NCBI GenBank assembly: GCA_043815505.1
Contig: JBDRIV010000002.1
Coordinates: forward strand, 182,943-246,942
Reading direction: 5' to 3'
DNA from: a bacterium
Lineage (GTDB): Bacteria; Patescibacteriota; JABMPQ01; JBDRIV01
Length of the DNA: 64,000 nt
The notes beneath the pieces are model-generated. The model saw nothing but the letters and a program-made list of their open reading frames with translations. It did no database searches and had not been told where the DNA came from. A program made the position numbers and the translations under genes. Shown one piece after another: positions 1-11,263 of the stretch (positions are counted from its first letter, which is position 1; each line of letters opens with the position of its first letter).

Positions 1-1960
1 TAAAAACATCAGGATGAGCTTTTTCAATTTCATCAAAGAGAATTACACTGTAAGGATTTTTTCTTACCTGTTCAGTTAACTTGCCACCATCTTCAAAGCC
101 AATGTAACCAGCCGGTGCACCAATCAATCTAGATATATTAAATTTCTCAGAAAATTCAGACATGTCAACTCGAATTAGTGCATTGTCATCACCATAAACC
201 TCACGAGCTAAAACTTTAGCCAATTCAGTTTTACCAACACCGGATGGGCCAAGGAACATGAAAGATCCATTTGGTCGGTCGGGATTAGAAATACCGGCAC
301 GTGATCGGCGAATGAAGCGAGCAATATCTTGAATAACATGATCTTGTCCGACAACATATTTGTTCAACGATTTCTCCAAATTCATTAATTTGTTTTGTTC
401 TTTTTTAACAAGTTTAGTAACAGGAATTTTTGTCATGGAAGCAATAATGTGAGCAATATCTTCCTCGGTAATTTCTTTCCAACCTTTGCGACTCTCACCA
501 GATAGTTTGCCTTTTACTTTTTCGTACTCATCTTCTAAGGTAATTTCTTGTTGGCGCAGAGCCAAAGCTTCTTCATAACACTCATTATTAACAGCCCCTT
601 CTTTTTGTTCGGAAATTTCGTCTAAGTTTTTTTCCAGCTCGGTAATTTTATTTATAACAGGAGATTCTTTGGCATGAACTTTTTTCTTGGAGCAAGCTTC
701 ATCAATTAAATCAATTGCTTTGTCGGGAAGATGGCGATCGTTAATATAACGAGCACTCATATGAACAGCGGCGTAAATTGCTTCATCAGAAATTATGACT
801 TGATGATAGTTTTCAAAGTTATCTTTTATACCGTTTAGAATTTGAACAGCATCATTTGGTTGTGGCTCTTCAATCATTACTGGTTGAAAGCGTCTTTCTA
901 AAGCTGGATCTTTTTCAATATGTTTACGATATTCATCAATAGTGGTGGCACCGATACAGCGAACTTCGCCACGAGCTAGCGATGGTTTAAGAATTGAGGC
1001 GGCGTCCATACTTCCGGAAGCATTTCCCAATCCAGCAATGGCGTGGATTTCGTCAATAAACAATATAATATCGTCATTTTGTTCAATTTCCTCTAAAAGC
1101 GCTTTCAAACGAGACTCAAATTCGCCTCTAAACATAGTGCCAGAGACAACTGAAGCTAAATCGAGGCTTAAAATTTTCTTATTTGCTAGTGATTTTGGTA
1201 CATCACCGTTGGTGATTTTCTTGGCTAATCCTTCTACCACAGCCGTTTTTCCCACTCCTGGTTCACCAATAATTACAGGATTGTTCTTTGAGCGTCGTCC
1301 TAATATGTTTAAAATTCTCTCAATTTCTTTATCACGTCCAATTACGGGATCAATTTTCTTTTGTTGTTTATCACTTGTTAAATCTTTGCAGAAAAATTCT
1401 AAGGAATTGTCAGCTGCTTTTGGTTCCGCTGGTGCCTGTTGATCATGTTCATTAAACATAGAAGTAAGGTCAGAAAATTTACCAGTTGATTTCATAACCG
1501 CAAATATTTGTTGGCGAATAAAAACCAAGTTGGAATCAGTCGAGCGCAAAATATTTTCGGCTTCAGTTTTATTTAACATTAAAATACCAAACATTAAATG
1601 TTCAGTGCCAGCAAATTTATGATTTTGTTTTTGCGCTTCGGTGATGGCTTTTAATATTGCTTTGGCAGCTTGATTGCCCAGTCGTAAATGATTCTGATCA
1701 GATGCAAGCTTCATCAATTTATTTGGGTTAGAAGCTTGATCTTTAGTTTGAATATATTTATAAATTGCTTCCGAGCTGGCGCCAGCTTTTTTTAGGATCT
1801 CATAAACAATTGAGCCTTCGTTTGTTACTAAGGCATATAAAAGATAACCAGTGCTGACTCTTACACTGCCATTTCTTTCGGCTGTATCTCGGGCGAGGGT
1901 TAGAACGTTGCGAAGTCGAGAAGAAAGTTTGGACGCAACACGAGGGGTTTTTTGTTTCAT
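1..1960 (-). CDS. clpC: ATP-dependent Clp protease ATP-binding subunit ClpC (3' end runs off the window)
   Basis: Not in the ORF track. Manual minus-strand translation from ATG 1960 ([20 protein letters not shown]) gives [18 protein letters not shown] (Walker A1), a UVR-like segment, [14 protein letters not shown] (Walker A2), RVDMSEF and [14 protein letters not shown]. Confidence 0.93.
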   Translation of the reverse strand, partial: MKQKTPRVASKLSSRLRNVLTLARDTAERNGSVRVSTGYLLYALVTNEGSIVYEILKKAGASSEAIYKYIQTKDQASNPNKLMKLASDQNHLRLGNQAAKAILKAITEAQKQNHKFAGTEHLMFGILMLNKTEAENILRSTDSNLVFIRQQIFAVMKSTGKFSDLTSMFNEHDQQAPAEPKAADNSLEFFCKDLTSDKQQKKIDPVIGRDKEIERILNILGRRSKNNPVIIGEPGVGKTAVVEGLAKKITNGDVPKSLANKKILSLDLASVVSGTMFRGEFESRLKALLEEIEQNDDIILFIDEIHAIAGLGNASGSMDAASILKPSLARGEVRCIGATTIDEYRKHIEKDPALERRFQPVMIEEPQPNDAVQILNGIKDNFENYHQVIISDEAIYAAVHMSARYINDRHLPDKAIDLIDEACSKKKVHAKESPVINKITELEKNLDEISEQKEGAVNNECYEEALALRQQEITLEDEYEKVKGKLSGESRKGWKEITEEDIAHIIASMTKIPVTKLVKKEQNKLMNLEKSLNKYVVGQDHVIQDIARFIRRSRAGISNPDRPNGSFMFLGPSGVGKTELAKVLAREVYGDDNALIRVDMSEFSEKFNISRLIGAPAGYIGFEDGGKLTEQVRKNPYSVILFDEIEKAHPDVF

Positions 1961-2128
1961 AGTTTTAAATTGTGTTTTTGTTTTAGAGGTTGCCCTTTTG
2001 GTTTTGCAAGATTGAAGAAGACTTGCTAAACTAAGGGTACAAAAAAGAGTTATCTACTAGAACAACAATCTTGTTCGCCCTTCCTGTCCTTGTGCATAAC
2101 TCTTAGTGTCTACATTAAGTATAGCAAG

Positions 2129-2620
2129 ATGACAATAAAAAATCAAGAGGGAGCTGGGGATGAGCTATTTGAAGCTGAATTAAAGGCGGAAAAGTATTTG
2201 GCCTTAAGACAACGAACAATATTTGAAATAGAAAAATATTTGCTGAACAAAAACTTTTCACGTGAAACAATTACTAAAGTTATAAATATTTTAGTAGAGA
2301 AAAAATATTTAGATGATTCTAGATATGTAGATGACTATGTTCGGACAGTATTGCCACACAAACCAATGGGAAAAATATTGACCAAGCAACGTTTAATGAA
2401 ACGTGGTGTGCCAGTTGATATTATTGAAAAAAGATTTGCTAAAATATTTTCTGAAAAATTAGAAAATCGTTTAGCAAAAAAGTTAGCGGATAAAAAACTA
2501 AATATTATAAATCATTACCCCCGACAAAAAAAATACGAAAAGCTGGCAAGATATTTAAACAGCCGAGGTTTCCCGGCTGGAATTATTAAAGAGACTTTAG
2601 ATAATGTTATGGCAAAATAA
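2129..2620 (+). CDS. recX: RecX family regulatory protein
   Basis: YLALRQRTIFEI, YLDDSRY, MGKILTKQRLMKRGV and KLARYLNSRGF match RecX motifs. ATG 2129 is preferred over TTG 2090. Confidence 0.88.
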   Translation: MTIKNQEGAGDELFEAELKAEKYLALRQRTIFEIEKYLLNKNFSRETITKVINILVEKKYLDDSRYVDDYVRTVLPHKPMGKILTKQRLMKRGVPVDIIEKRFAKIFSEKLENRLAKKLADKKLNIINHYPRQKKYEKLARYLNSRGFPAGIIKETLDNVMAK

Positions 2621-2683
2621 AAAACACCACGCTCAGTTTTATAAATTGGACTTAATAAAACTAGGGCGGGGTATTTAAAGAAT

Positions 2684-3160
2684 TTATTGTCCTTTAGAAT
2701 AGAGATATACACTGGTTGGAGTGAATTCTTCATAATCCATGATGTTTCCATCGTATCGTACATATAATGTATCACCAATTTCTATATCATCAATGGTAAT
2801 GATAGTAGTCTTGTTATCTTTAGATCCATTTTCAAGAATTGCGCTACGTGCTGTTAAATTAACGTCAGTAAGATCTAATGTTCGAGTAATAACAATATTG
2901 CCAGGATTGAATATATTATAAGATCTTACATAAGCATTCACAGTAATTTTAGAATTGTTAACTTCAGTTACGGTGCCAGTAATATCATCCAATATTGTGG
3001 ATTCTCCAAAAAGCTCTTCAGAGTTGTTTTCCAATGCAGTATCTACCATGGAATCATAATTGTTGTAACCAATATAGTATCCTCCCACAAAAATAGTGCA
3101 CGCTATAGATATAGCAATAATAATGTAAATTAATTTTGTTGTTACATGTATATCTTTCAT
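2684..3160 (-). CDS. hypothetical membrane-anchored protein with a small beta (OB-like) extracellular domain
   Basis: 158 aa, one N-terminal TM helix, GTVTEV...DDIEIGDTLYV pattern. Confidence 0.7.
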   Translation of the reverse strand: MKDIHVTTKLIYIIIAISIACTIFVGGYYIGYNNYDSMVDTALENNSEELFGESTILDDITGTVTEVNNSKITVNAYVRSYNIFNPGNIVITRTLDLTDVNLTARSAILENGSKDNKTTIITIDDIEIGDTLYVRYDGNIMDYEEFTPTSVYLYSKGQ

Positions 3161-3297
3161 ATTAATAAAATAATTATAATATATATTATTGTGTAATATA
3201 AAACATAATTTGTCAAAGTGGATAATAATGATTATGTTATAAACTTATTTTTTGTGGTATAATTAATTAACTGTTTTAACAAATTAACACAAAAAAT

Positions 3298-5394
3298 ATG
3301 CTTAAAAAGTATACATCGAAATATTTAATTTTTTTATTATTGTTGTCTTCAATATTTTTATTTACACCAACCTTGTCAAAAGCACAAGATTGGGCTGAAC
3401 CAACAGCAGATCCTCCTGAAAGCAATGTTTTTGCACCTCTTAACGTTGGTAATTTAGATCAGACTAAAACTGGAGCTTTAAACATTGGTAGTGCTGCTTC
3501 AGGATATCAACTACGAGTTATGGGTTCAGGTGATTATGGCGCACAGGTTTATAGTGATGGAATTACTTCACCTGTAGCTGGTTGGACCAGTGGTTTATTT
3601 GTTGGCAATAATGGGATTGTTTATGATCATGCCGCTGCTCTCTACGCAGAATCAAACAATTTTGGTTTGGTAGGAGTGTCCAATTCAAGCGGTGATGAGA
3701 GTGTGCGAGCAGGTGTACTGGGTGTTATAGAAGGTGAGCTTCCCTATATAAATGACGTTTCCAGGTATGGTGTTCATGGAATTTTGGCCGATGCTAATTT
3801 CCAAGGTGTTAATTATTATCATTCTAATGGTTTATATTACACTCCATTTGTAAAAAAGGCTGCTATGGCTGCAGAAACTTCTTTAACTAATTCTGTTGGC
3901 TTGTATGCATTTTCAGCGGAGAGCAGCGGTATTCAGGCGGTTAGCCAGGTTTTAAATTCAGAATCTGATGAGATAAGTAGAGGTGCTATTAAAGGAACTT
4001 TGAATTTTAAACCCAATCTACCATCAAGTCCAGGACTTGGTTATGACTCAATAAAAGGACATTTAGCTTATTTTGATTCAACTGGTAATGATGAGGCTTT
4101 TGGGGTATATGGAGAAACTGATGAAATCGGATATGGTGTAGCTGGGCGAGTAATTGGTTCTAATGGAAAAGCGGGTGTTTATGGTTATGCTGAAGAAAAT
4201 GAATTTGCTAATATTGGAGTAAGAGGAGGTGTGGGTGGATCTGGAATGCTTTCTGCGGCTCTTCCAGAAATGGCAGCAGGAGTGGCTGGCTTTTCAAGTT
4301 ATACAAATAACGCGCCTGGACTTGGTGAAGAAGATAATGATTATGGGTATAATGATACTACAATCAGGAACTTTGGAGTTACTGGAAGATTAACTGGAAT
4401 AAATGTAGCTCAAGTAGATGCAATGGAAGGTTTAGTGGAAAGACATAATTATGCCGGTTTTTTTCAAGGTCCACTGGTAGTTTCAAGTCAATATGAGCTA
4501 TGGGCTGAAGACGAGGACGGAAATGATGCTTACGATACAGGCGAAACAAGGTATGTTAATTTCGCTGTAGATCCACTAGATATATACGGAAATGAATCTG
4601 ACAATAAGTCCGGTGTTGTAGCTATTGGTACAGCTGCTATGGACTTCATCCAAAGAAAAAATTATTTGGTAAGTGAAAATCTCTCACAATATAGATTACA
4701 AGGTGCTTTGTCGGTGGCTGAAGACTCAGCAAAGAATGCAATTTATGCTCTTGTTGGTAGGGAGGATATGGGAGTTGGTTATTGTCCAGATGGTGAGTGT
4801 AGTCCGACTTTTGGTACAACAGGTGATAATGAGGTCGGATTTGATAATACTATAAGCACAAGTGTTTTTGATGAAATTCCTTTAGGGAGGGCGCCAATGT
4901 ATGCAATTAACATGTTGACTGCAGATACTGGCGGTGAAATAGCGGCCATGGTTGCTCGTCATGGAGGAAATGTTACAGGAACAGGAAAAAGTTATGGTTT
5001 ATATGCTGGTGCTGGAAAAATTCTTGATTCTACTCCTCCTAGTCAAGGAAAGGTATATGGTGTATATGCCAGAACAAATGAGGCAGAGGATCAAACAACA
5101 GGAAACTCATATGCTATTTATGGAGACGCAACTTCAGGACTTGGTTCTGGCTTGACTAAATGGGCTGGTTTCTTTGACTCATCTATAGATCAGGCTGGAG
5201 AAATTGCTAAGGTTGGACTTAGGTTCACAAATGGTCAAATAGCAAATTCGAGACTTGAAATACAAAGTCAAAATGGAGATGTTATAGCAACATTAGGAAT
5301 TGCACAAAATAAACTTGTTATTACACCTGGAGCAGCTGGTGAAGTTGTTATTCAGGGGAGTTTGCGCGTAACTGGAGACATTATTAATCCATAA
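3298..5394 (+). CDS. large secreted Gly-rich repetitive (beta-helix/fibre-like) surface protein
   Basis: Signal peptide, N-terminal WAEPTADPPESNVFAPLNVG motif, many GVYG/AIYG repeats. Confidence 0.75.
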   Translation: MLKKYTSKYLIFLLLLSSIFLFTPTLSKAQDWAEPTADPPESNVFAPLNVGNLDQTKTGALNIGSAASGYQLRVMGSGDYGAQVYSDGITSPVAGWTSGLFVGNNGIVYDHAAALYAESNNFGLVGVSNSSGDESVRAGVLGVIEGELPYINDVSRYGVHGILADANFQGVNYYHSNGLYYTPFVKKAAMAAETSLTNSVGLYAFSAESSGIQAVSQVLNSESDEISRGAIKGTLNFKPNLPSSPGLGYDSIKGHLAYFDSTGNDEAFGVYGETDEIGYGVAGRVIGSNGKAGVYGYAEENEFANIGVRGGVGGSGMLSAALPEMAAGVAGFSSYTNNAPGLGEEDNDYGYNDTTIRNFGVTGRLTGINVAQVDAMEGLVERHNYAGFFQGPLVVSSQYELWAEDEDGNDAYDTGETRYVNFAVDPLDIYGNESDNKSGVVAIGTAAMDFIQRKNYLVSENLSQYRLQGALSVAEDSAKNAIYALVGREDMGVGYCPDGECSPTFGTTGDNEVGFDNTISTSVFDEIPLGRAPMYAINMLTADTGGEIAAMVARHGGNVTGTGKSYGLYAGAGKILDSTPPSQGKVYGVYARTNEAEDQTTGNSYAIYGDATSGLGSGLTKWAGFFDSSIDQAGEIAKVGLRFTNGQIANSRLEIQSQNGDVIATLGIAQNKLVITPGAAGEVVIQGSLRVTGDIINP

Positions 5395-5402
5395 TTTATA
5401 AA

Positions 5403-7148
5403 ATGCAATCATCAGAAAATCAGTCACAGCGGGAGGCTTTTGACTCAAATTCAAAAAAAGAAAAAAATCCTAAGCAGAAAATTCTAATTTCTGCTTTGGT
5501 GTTGCTGGTAATTTTTGCCGGTTGGCTTTTTTATCGCGAAATGCAAAAACAAGTCACCGTTGATGTTTGGGGAACTTCTGGAAGTGCATCAACGCAAAGC
5601 TTGGAAGATAATTTATCTTTACTAAAAGAAAAATTTGGCAGTCGCTTAACCATCAATTTACATTTAACTGCCAACTTAAATGGTGAAGAAACTGTCAGTT
5701 TACTTACAGGTTCTGTGGAAGATTCGGTGGCCCGACTTGATTTAACAGAAAACGAGCGCCAACTTCTGATAGCAAAATATGAAAAAGATAAATTTTGGGA
5801 GTATTTGAAATTTAGAAATGCCAACATAAATGATTTGGCTTGGGAGCGCTATGCCGAAATCGCTGGTGTTAATACCAATAAAATTAAAGAACTTTTAGAT
5901 GAAGGCAAGGGCAAGGAACTTCTAAAAGAATCTGCCGATGATTATAAAACTTTAAATGAAGAACAAGTAGAAACTTTAGCTGTGCCAGCTGTGTTTATAA
6001 ATGATGAACTTTATGTCGGTTCTTACGATTTACTTTCCTTGTCAGCTGCGGTTGTAAAACCGGTCTTAAGAATTGGCAAAGATAAATTAACAGTTCATCC
6101 ACGTTGGGGATTATTTGATGATGCGCTGTCCATTGGTTTGCCTTCCCGCACACAATATAAAGGTATTAACGAGTGTTATATTGATTTGGATTGTAATGAT
6201 AACGCCGATAAAAATGGAGCTTGTACCGACGCCAACACCGAGTCAGCCCATTGTGAGTACACCGAACCAAATTTTGTGGAACTGACAATTTTGACTGACG
6301 ACGAATGTTTGTCCTGTAACGAAAGTGATGTGTTTGATGTGCTAAAACTTAGCTTTAAAGGCTTAACCACAAAAACTGTTGACATTGATACCGAGGAAGG
6401 AAGTAATTTGGCTGACACCTACGGAATCACACTTTTACCTTCCTACATTTTTTCTAAAGACATTGAACAAACGGTAGCTTATGAAAGTTTTTCCCAAGCG
6501 CAGTACATCTCGCAATTAACAGACGGAAGTTATCTCTTAACTCAAAGCACGCCTTACATATCGCTCGAACGAACTTACACCGATAACACTTTGGATTTAT
6601 TTGTTATGAGTACTTGTCGTTATTCCATTGCTGCCACGAATGCCATTACCAAATTGGAAGAAGAAAAATTGGCTAAAGGAGAAACTTTTCCTAAACTAAC
6701 TCTCAATTATGTTTTGCCATTTGAACTGGATGAAAATAACGAGCCACAAATTAAAATGGAAAGTCTGGGTGGCGATTATGATTTGAACGAAGATAAAAGA
6801 CAATTGGTGATTCAAAAATATTTTCCTGATAGATTCTATGAATATTTGAGAAGTCGAGCAGAAAATATTACCGACGAAGAAGGTTGGAAAGAAGTAGCAG
6901 AAAACATGGGTCTGGATACTAAAATTATTGAAACCAGAGTTGCCTCTGAAGGCGAAGCTTTGCTTCTGGCTAGCGCTGAAAAAGGTGCCAGCATCGGTTT
7001 GCAAAATGTTCCTGCATACTTACGCAATAATGTAGAAATTGTAAATTCAATTCCTGACTTAAAAGAAATTCCTGGATTAGAAGAACTTAGCATTAACGAT
7101 GCTGAAATTGGACTTTGTTCACAAGTTGCCCAAACTCAATCAAATTAA
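5403..7148 (+). CDS. membrane-anchored multi-thioredoxin/DsbA-like protein
   Basis: N-terminal TM helix, two repeated DsbA-like modules (E..RQL.I.KY..D.F.EYL..R; VPA), CLSC and MSTCRYS motifs, Cys-rich linker. Confidence 0.65.
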   Translation: MQSSENQSQREAFDSNSKKEKNPKQKILISALVLLVIFAGWLFYREMQKQVTVDVWGTSGSASTQSLEDNLSLLKEKFGSRLTINLHLTANLNGEETVSLLTGSVEDSVARLDLTENERQLLIAKYEKDKFWEYLKFRNANINDLAWERYAEIAGVNTNKIKELLDEGKGKELLKESADDYKTLNEEQVETLAVPAVFINDELYVGSYDLLSLSAAVVKPVLRIGKDKLTVHPRWGLFDDALSIGLPSRTQYKGINECYIDLDCNDNADKNGACTDANTESAHCEYTEPNFVELTILTDDECLSCNESDVFDVLKLSFKGLTTKTVDIDTEEGSNLADTYGITLLPSYIFSKDIEQTVAYESFSQAQYISQLTDGSYLLTQSTPYISLERTYTDNTLDLFVMSTCRYSIAATNAITKLEEEKLAKGETFPKLTLNYVLPFELDENNEPQIKMESLGGDYDLNEDKRQLVIQKYFPDRFYEYLRSRAENITDEEGWKEVAENMGLDTKIIETRVASEGEALLLASAEKGASIGLQNVPAYLRNNVEIVNSIPDLKEIPGLEELSINDAEIGLCSQVAQTQSN

Positions 7149-9550
7149 TGTTAAAAATCCTCACGGATAAAAAATTAAGAAAACTTTTTTTCACATCACT
7201 TATCTTTGTGGGGTTTGTTTTGGCGCTTAGTTTTATTCCCGCTCCCGATAAATTTACTCAAGCGGCGATTGATAATGAAGGTGCTGGCTGGGCGTGGTCA
7301 GAAAATATTGGTTGGATGAGTATGAATGATATTAATCCGGAAACTGCAACTGATGGTGAATATGGCTTAGATATAGACTTTTTTGGCCAGACGATGAGTG
7401 GTTGGGTTTGGTCGGGAATTGATGCAGGTGATGGTGCACCAGCTGAAGGCATGGGCTGGATTTGTGTTGGTGCTACTTGTCTTGATGAAGGTAATGAATA
7501 CGGAGATTTTCCTGGAAAAGGAGAAAATCCACCTGGAGCATCAATTGAAGGAACTGAAAATAATGATATTAATGTGTCTTTTGATGAAAACGGTAATTTT
7601 GTAACTGGTTGGGCTAGAATAATTTCTTTAGCAGAATATGAAGACGATATTTATAGTTCAGGCTCTTCTTGGGGATGGATAAGTTTAGCAGATAACAATG
7701 CGAGTGCGGATCCAGATTACGGTTTATATTTAAATACTTCCACTCGCCAAGTTGAAGGTTGGGCTTGGAGTGGGAATGGTTCAGATGCTTCAGAAAATCA
7801 GGTGGAACATACAGGTTTTGGTTGGATTACATTTAACGATGTTACAACTGGAACAAATGTAGGAACAATTACTGGAACGGTAACATATTTAAATGATGAA
7901 GATGTTAGAGTGCCAATTGCTAACGCTATAGTTACAGCGAGAATTGGTAATAATGTTGTAAGAAACGTAACTACTAACTCCAATGGTGATTATGTTATTT
8001 CGCAATTAGTTGATGGTAGTTACTCAATTGATGGATTTGCTTCAGGATACGAATCAATGATTGGAGCATCAGGGCTTTCATGTCCATCAACTAATATTTC
8101 AGGTGGTTCAAGTCGTGAATGTAATTTTAGTCTGAATTTTAATGATACAACGGGAGTAGAGTACCAAGATGTAGTTACGGGTCATGTGCAAGATAATGAT
8201 GAAAATAATATTGTTGGAGCATTAGTTTATTGTTCATCTTCAGTTTGTGCAAATTCAGATTTGAATAATGCCGCAGTTACTGATGTTAATGGAGATTTTG
8301 TAATAAAATGGCCAAGCGATATAACAGCCATTAATCTTGAAAGGGATTTTACAGCTGTTGCCTCAGGTTATTCACGACACGATCAGACAATAATATTAAA
8401 TTTGCCAGGATCAAATTCATTTCCTACTCCGTTTGTTTTACAGAGAACCGGCTTTCATACCACTTCCGGTTTGCCGTGGATGATGACTTGGGATGCTGAT
8501 ATTCATAGTAATAAGGCCGTGGGGTCAATTGCCACTTCTGGTCCTCCACTTGGCTTTGGTAATGCTACTTTCTTAATTACTTCCGGTGATGTAATTTCAG
8601 GTGGTGAAATTGTGAATTTTGACAGTTGGTCGGAACGTTATGCACAAGATCCAAAAACTTTGCAGGATTATCGCGAATTTAAAGCTGAATCCGTAAATGG
8701 CTCTTATGCTGATTTAGGTTTCCCATCCGATGGTGATGATCCATTTAGTGAAATCCCTTTTAATCAATATGTAGATATGTTGATTAGTGATGATGAGACC
8801 ATACAGTATAATAATACAATAGGTGGACAATCATTTGATTTACAGTATATACCTGAAGGAAATAATGTATTACATATTTCAGAAATATCAGAGCCTATTG
8901 CAAATGAATATGTTGCAATTAGAGGTGGGACATTACGTCCTGGTCATCACACAATAATTGCTGAAAATATAAATGTAATAATTAGAGGAGATATGTTTTA
9001 TGAAAGTGATCCATTAGGATATTTACCAGACGATCTACCATCACTGGGAATAATTGTTAGAAATGGAAATATATTAATTGTGGGCACTAGTGATGATCCG
9101 GATAATATAGTGAAACATACAATAGGTGCTTGGTATGTAGACGGAACACCTGATGGAGGCGCAACACCTGATGGTGAGTGTAATGATCTGGTCGTAGGTC
9201 TTAGTGGATACTATTTAGGAACAGACACAGGATGTATAGAAACTTCTATATATAAAGAAGATGGATATCATGATCAATCTGAATTTCCGAGTCATAGTCC
9301 AATGCAACTTGTTCACGAAGGTCTAATGGTAGCACGTGGTTTTGCTTTCAATCGACAAATCGATTATAGTATCGCTGGAAATTGTGATGATATAGAAATA
9401 AACAACCAAATCATTCCAACTGGCTTCAGTTGCGCAGCCCAAAATTCACCATCCGAATTCATTTTTTACGACGGCCGCGTTGTAGTAAATCCACCAGCCG
9501 GTTTCACCGATCCAACTTCCGACAAACCACATTTTCAAGAATCAAGATAA
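7148..9550 (+). CDS. large exported protein with GWAWS repeats and carboxypeptidase-regulatory-like beta-sandwich domains
   Basis: ATG 7148 overlaps the upstream TAA. GWAWSENIGW-type repeats, two GTITGTV...TNSNGDY-type modules, C-terminal YDGR..NPPAGF. Ends 11 bp before pilM. Confidence 0.75.
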   Translation: MLKILTDKKLRKLFFTSLIFVGFVLALSFIPAPDKFTQAAIDNEGAGWAWSENIGWMSMNDINPETATDGEYGLDIDFFGQTMSGWVWSGIDAGDGAPAEGMGWICVGATCLDEGNEYGDFPGKGENPPGASIEGTENNDINVSFDENGNFVTGWARIISLAEYEDDIYSSGSSWGWISLADNNASADPDYGLYLNTSTRQVEGWAWSGNGSDASENQVEHTGFGWITFNDVTTGTNVGTITGTVTYLNDEDVRVPIANAIVTARIGNNVVRNVTTNSNGDYVISQLVDGSYSIDGFASGYESMIGASGLSCPSTNISGGSSRECNFSLNFNDTTGVEYQDVVTGHVQDNDENNIVGALVYCSSSVCANSDLNNAAVTDVNGDFVIKWPSDITAINLERDFTAVASGYSRHDQTIILNLPGSNSFPTPFVLQRTGFHTTSGLPWMMTWDADIHSNKAVGSIATSGPPLGFGNATFLITSGDVISGGEIVNFDSWSERYAQDPKTLQDYREFKAESVNGSYADLGFPSDGDDPFSEIPFNQYVDMLISDDETIQYNNTIGGQSFDLQYIPEGNNVLHISEISEPIANEYVAIRGGTLRPGHHTIIAENINVIIRGDMFYESDPLGYLPDDLPSLGIIVRNGNILIVGTSDDPDNIVKHTIGAWYVDGTPDGGATPDGECNDLVVGLSGYYLGTDTGCIETSIYKEDGYHDQSEFPSHSPMQLVHEGLMVARGFAFNRQIDYSIAGNCDDIEINNQIIPTGFSCAAQNSPSEFIFYDGRVVVNPPAGFTDPTSDKPHFQESR

Positions 9551-9561
9551 ATGAAAAATAA

Positions 9562-10629
9562 ATGGGATTTTTCTCAAGGCAAAGTAATAGTTTTGTGGGC
9601 GTAGACATAGGAACCGCATCCCTCAAAGTAGTCGAACTAGAAGATAAGGGAGGTAAAGCGCATTTAAAAACATACGGCATCACTCAAATTCCCAACGACC
9701 TAATTCGTAGTGAATCAGACAAGGTTGTACAAGAAATTGCCGAAGCGCTTAAAAAAACTATGCAACAAGCCCGCGTTTCATCAAAACAGGCAATCACCGC
9801 TTTGCCTGGTTTTTCGATTTTTACAGTTCTTTTGGATCTGCCCAAAATTCCTGAAAAAGAACTTCCTCGCGCCATTAAATTTGAAGCAGAAAAACATATT
9901 CCAGGTGCCACCTCAGAAATGGTTTTAGATTGGGAAATTGTTAATGAAGGAAGTATTAATAATACTGATACTAATAGCACTACCAAAGTAAAAGAATTCT
10001 ATAAAATTTTGCTCACAGCTGCTCCTAAAAAATTGGTTAACAGATATTTATCCATCTTCCAAAAAGCTGGTTTAAAACTTGATAGTTTAGAACCAGAATC
10101 CATGTCACTTGTTAGATCACTTGTTGGTGTGGATCCTAATCCCGTGATGCTAATTGATATGGGTGCTACGGCTACTGATATAATCATAGTTCTTAATGGT
10201 TCACCCCATTTAACCAGAAGTATTGATATTGGTGGTAATGTCATTACCGATTCTATTTCTAAAAGTTTAAATATCAGTGTGGAAAGAGCCGAGCAATTTA
10301 AAAAAGACATGGGTGTAAATCATCAAGCAGACGAAGGAATTCCTCAAACAATAATTCCAGTGGCGGAAAGAATTGTGACCGAAGTGAAACGTATCAACAA
10401 TATTTTTTCCGAAAAAGAAGGCGGTAAAATTGTTAAGGTAGTTTTAAGTGGTGGTAGCGCCAAATTACCAGGTTTTGCCAACATGATTGCCAAAGCTACT
10501 GACACCAAAGCTTATATTGGTGATCCGTGGGCTAGAGTTGTTTATCCAGATAAGCTAGCCTCAGTATTGAAAGAGGTAGGACCAGATTTATCTTCAGCCA
10601 TCGGACTGGCTATGCGCAATATTTACTAA
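9562..10629 (+). CDS. pilM: type IV pilus assembly protein PilM
   Basis: Actin-like motifs VGVDIGTASLK, LIDMGATAT, VVLSGGSAKLPG, AIGLAMR. Confidence 0.95.
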   Translation: MGFFSRQSNSFVGVDIGTASLKVVELEDKGGKAHLKTYGITQIPNDLIRSESDKVVQEIAEALKKTMQQARVSSKQAITALPGFSIFTVLLDLPKIPEKELPRAIKFEAEKHIPGATSEMVLDWEIVNEGSINNTDTNSTTKVKEFYKILLTAAPKKLVNRYLSIFQKAGLKLDSLEPESMSLVRSLVGVDPNPVMLIDMGATATDIIIVLNGSPHLTRSIDIGGNVITDSISKSLNISVERAEQFKKDMGVNHQADEGIPQTIIPVAERIVTEVKRINNIFSEKEGGKIVKVVLSGGSAKLPGFANMIAKATDTKAYIGDPWARVVYPDKLASVLKEVGPDLSSAIGLAMRNIY

Positions 10630-10684
10630 AAATTTAAAATAGGCTATAATTATATAAGATTTTAGGAGACAGAATAAAACAAAA

Positions 10685-11263
10685 ATGCCAATACTAAATC
10701 AAGAAGAATTCACCGGTGATATGCCACCAAAGGGTACGCAAACTAACCCTGTTTTGGTAGTTATTTTTGTGGTTATTGCCATTATTTTAGGTGGTGCATT
10801 AGCAGGGGCTTTTTTGCTTAAAGCAAGGCAAAACAACGAATTGGAAAGACTGGATACAAGACAAGCTGAAATTGTAAATCAAGCCAGCTCCATTGAAGAT
10901 ACAATTGCTGAAGCCCAAACCCTACAAAGTAAATTACAAATGGTTAAGGATATGTTGGATACTCACATTCATTGGACAAATTTCTTTGCCATGATTGAGA
11001 GATCAACCCTTACCGACACTTATATTGAAGCAGTTCAATTAAGCGACAGCACAAACAAGTTGGGGATAAGTGGACACACCAAGAGTTTTGATAGTGTGGC
11101 TGAGCAGGTTAAGGCTTACGAAACTGACAAAGAAATTGATGAATTTGATTTAGAAAGTGCTAAAGTAAATATTGGTGAAGATGCTGGAGTTTATATTGTT
11201 GATTTTACCGGGACACTAACTTATAACGAAGCACTAATTTATAATTTAAATAATACAGAATAA
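10685..11263 (+). CDS. pilN: PilN-like fimbrial assembly protein
   Basis: TM helix, coiled coil and ferredoxin-like domain (HIHWTNFF...ISGHT), located between pilM and pilO. Confidence 0.75.
   Translation: MPILNQEEFTGDMPPKGTQTNPVLVVIFVVIAIILGGALAGAFLLKARQNNELERLDTRQAEIVNQASSIEDTIAEAQTLQSKLQMVKDMLDTHIHWTNFFAMIERSTLTDTYIEAVQLSDSTNKLGISGHTKSFDSVAEQVKAYETDKEIDEFDLESAKVNIGEDAGVYIVDFTGTLTYNEALIYNLNNTE

Noticed and set aside
942-1442. 166-aa plus-strand ORF
   Set aside because: Antisense shadow of clpC. The other short overlapping ORFs in the track were rejected on the same grounds.
2049-2100. Replication origin based on DnaA-box-like sequences (also at 31634, 39091, 60216)
   Set aside because: The boxes are scattered singly, with no cluster and no dnaA or dnaN in the window.
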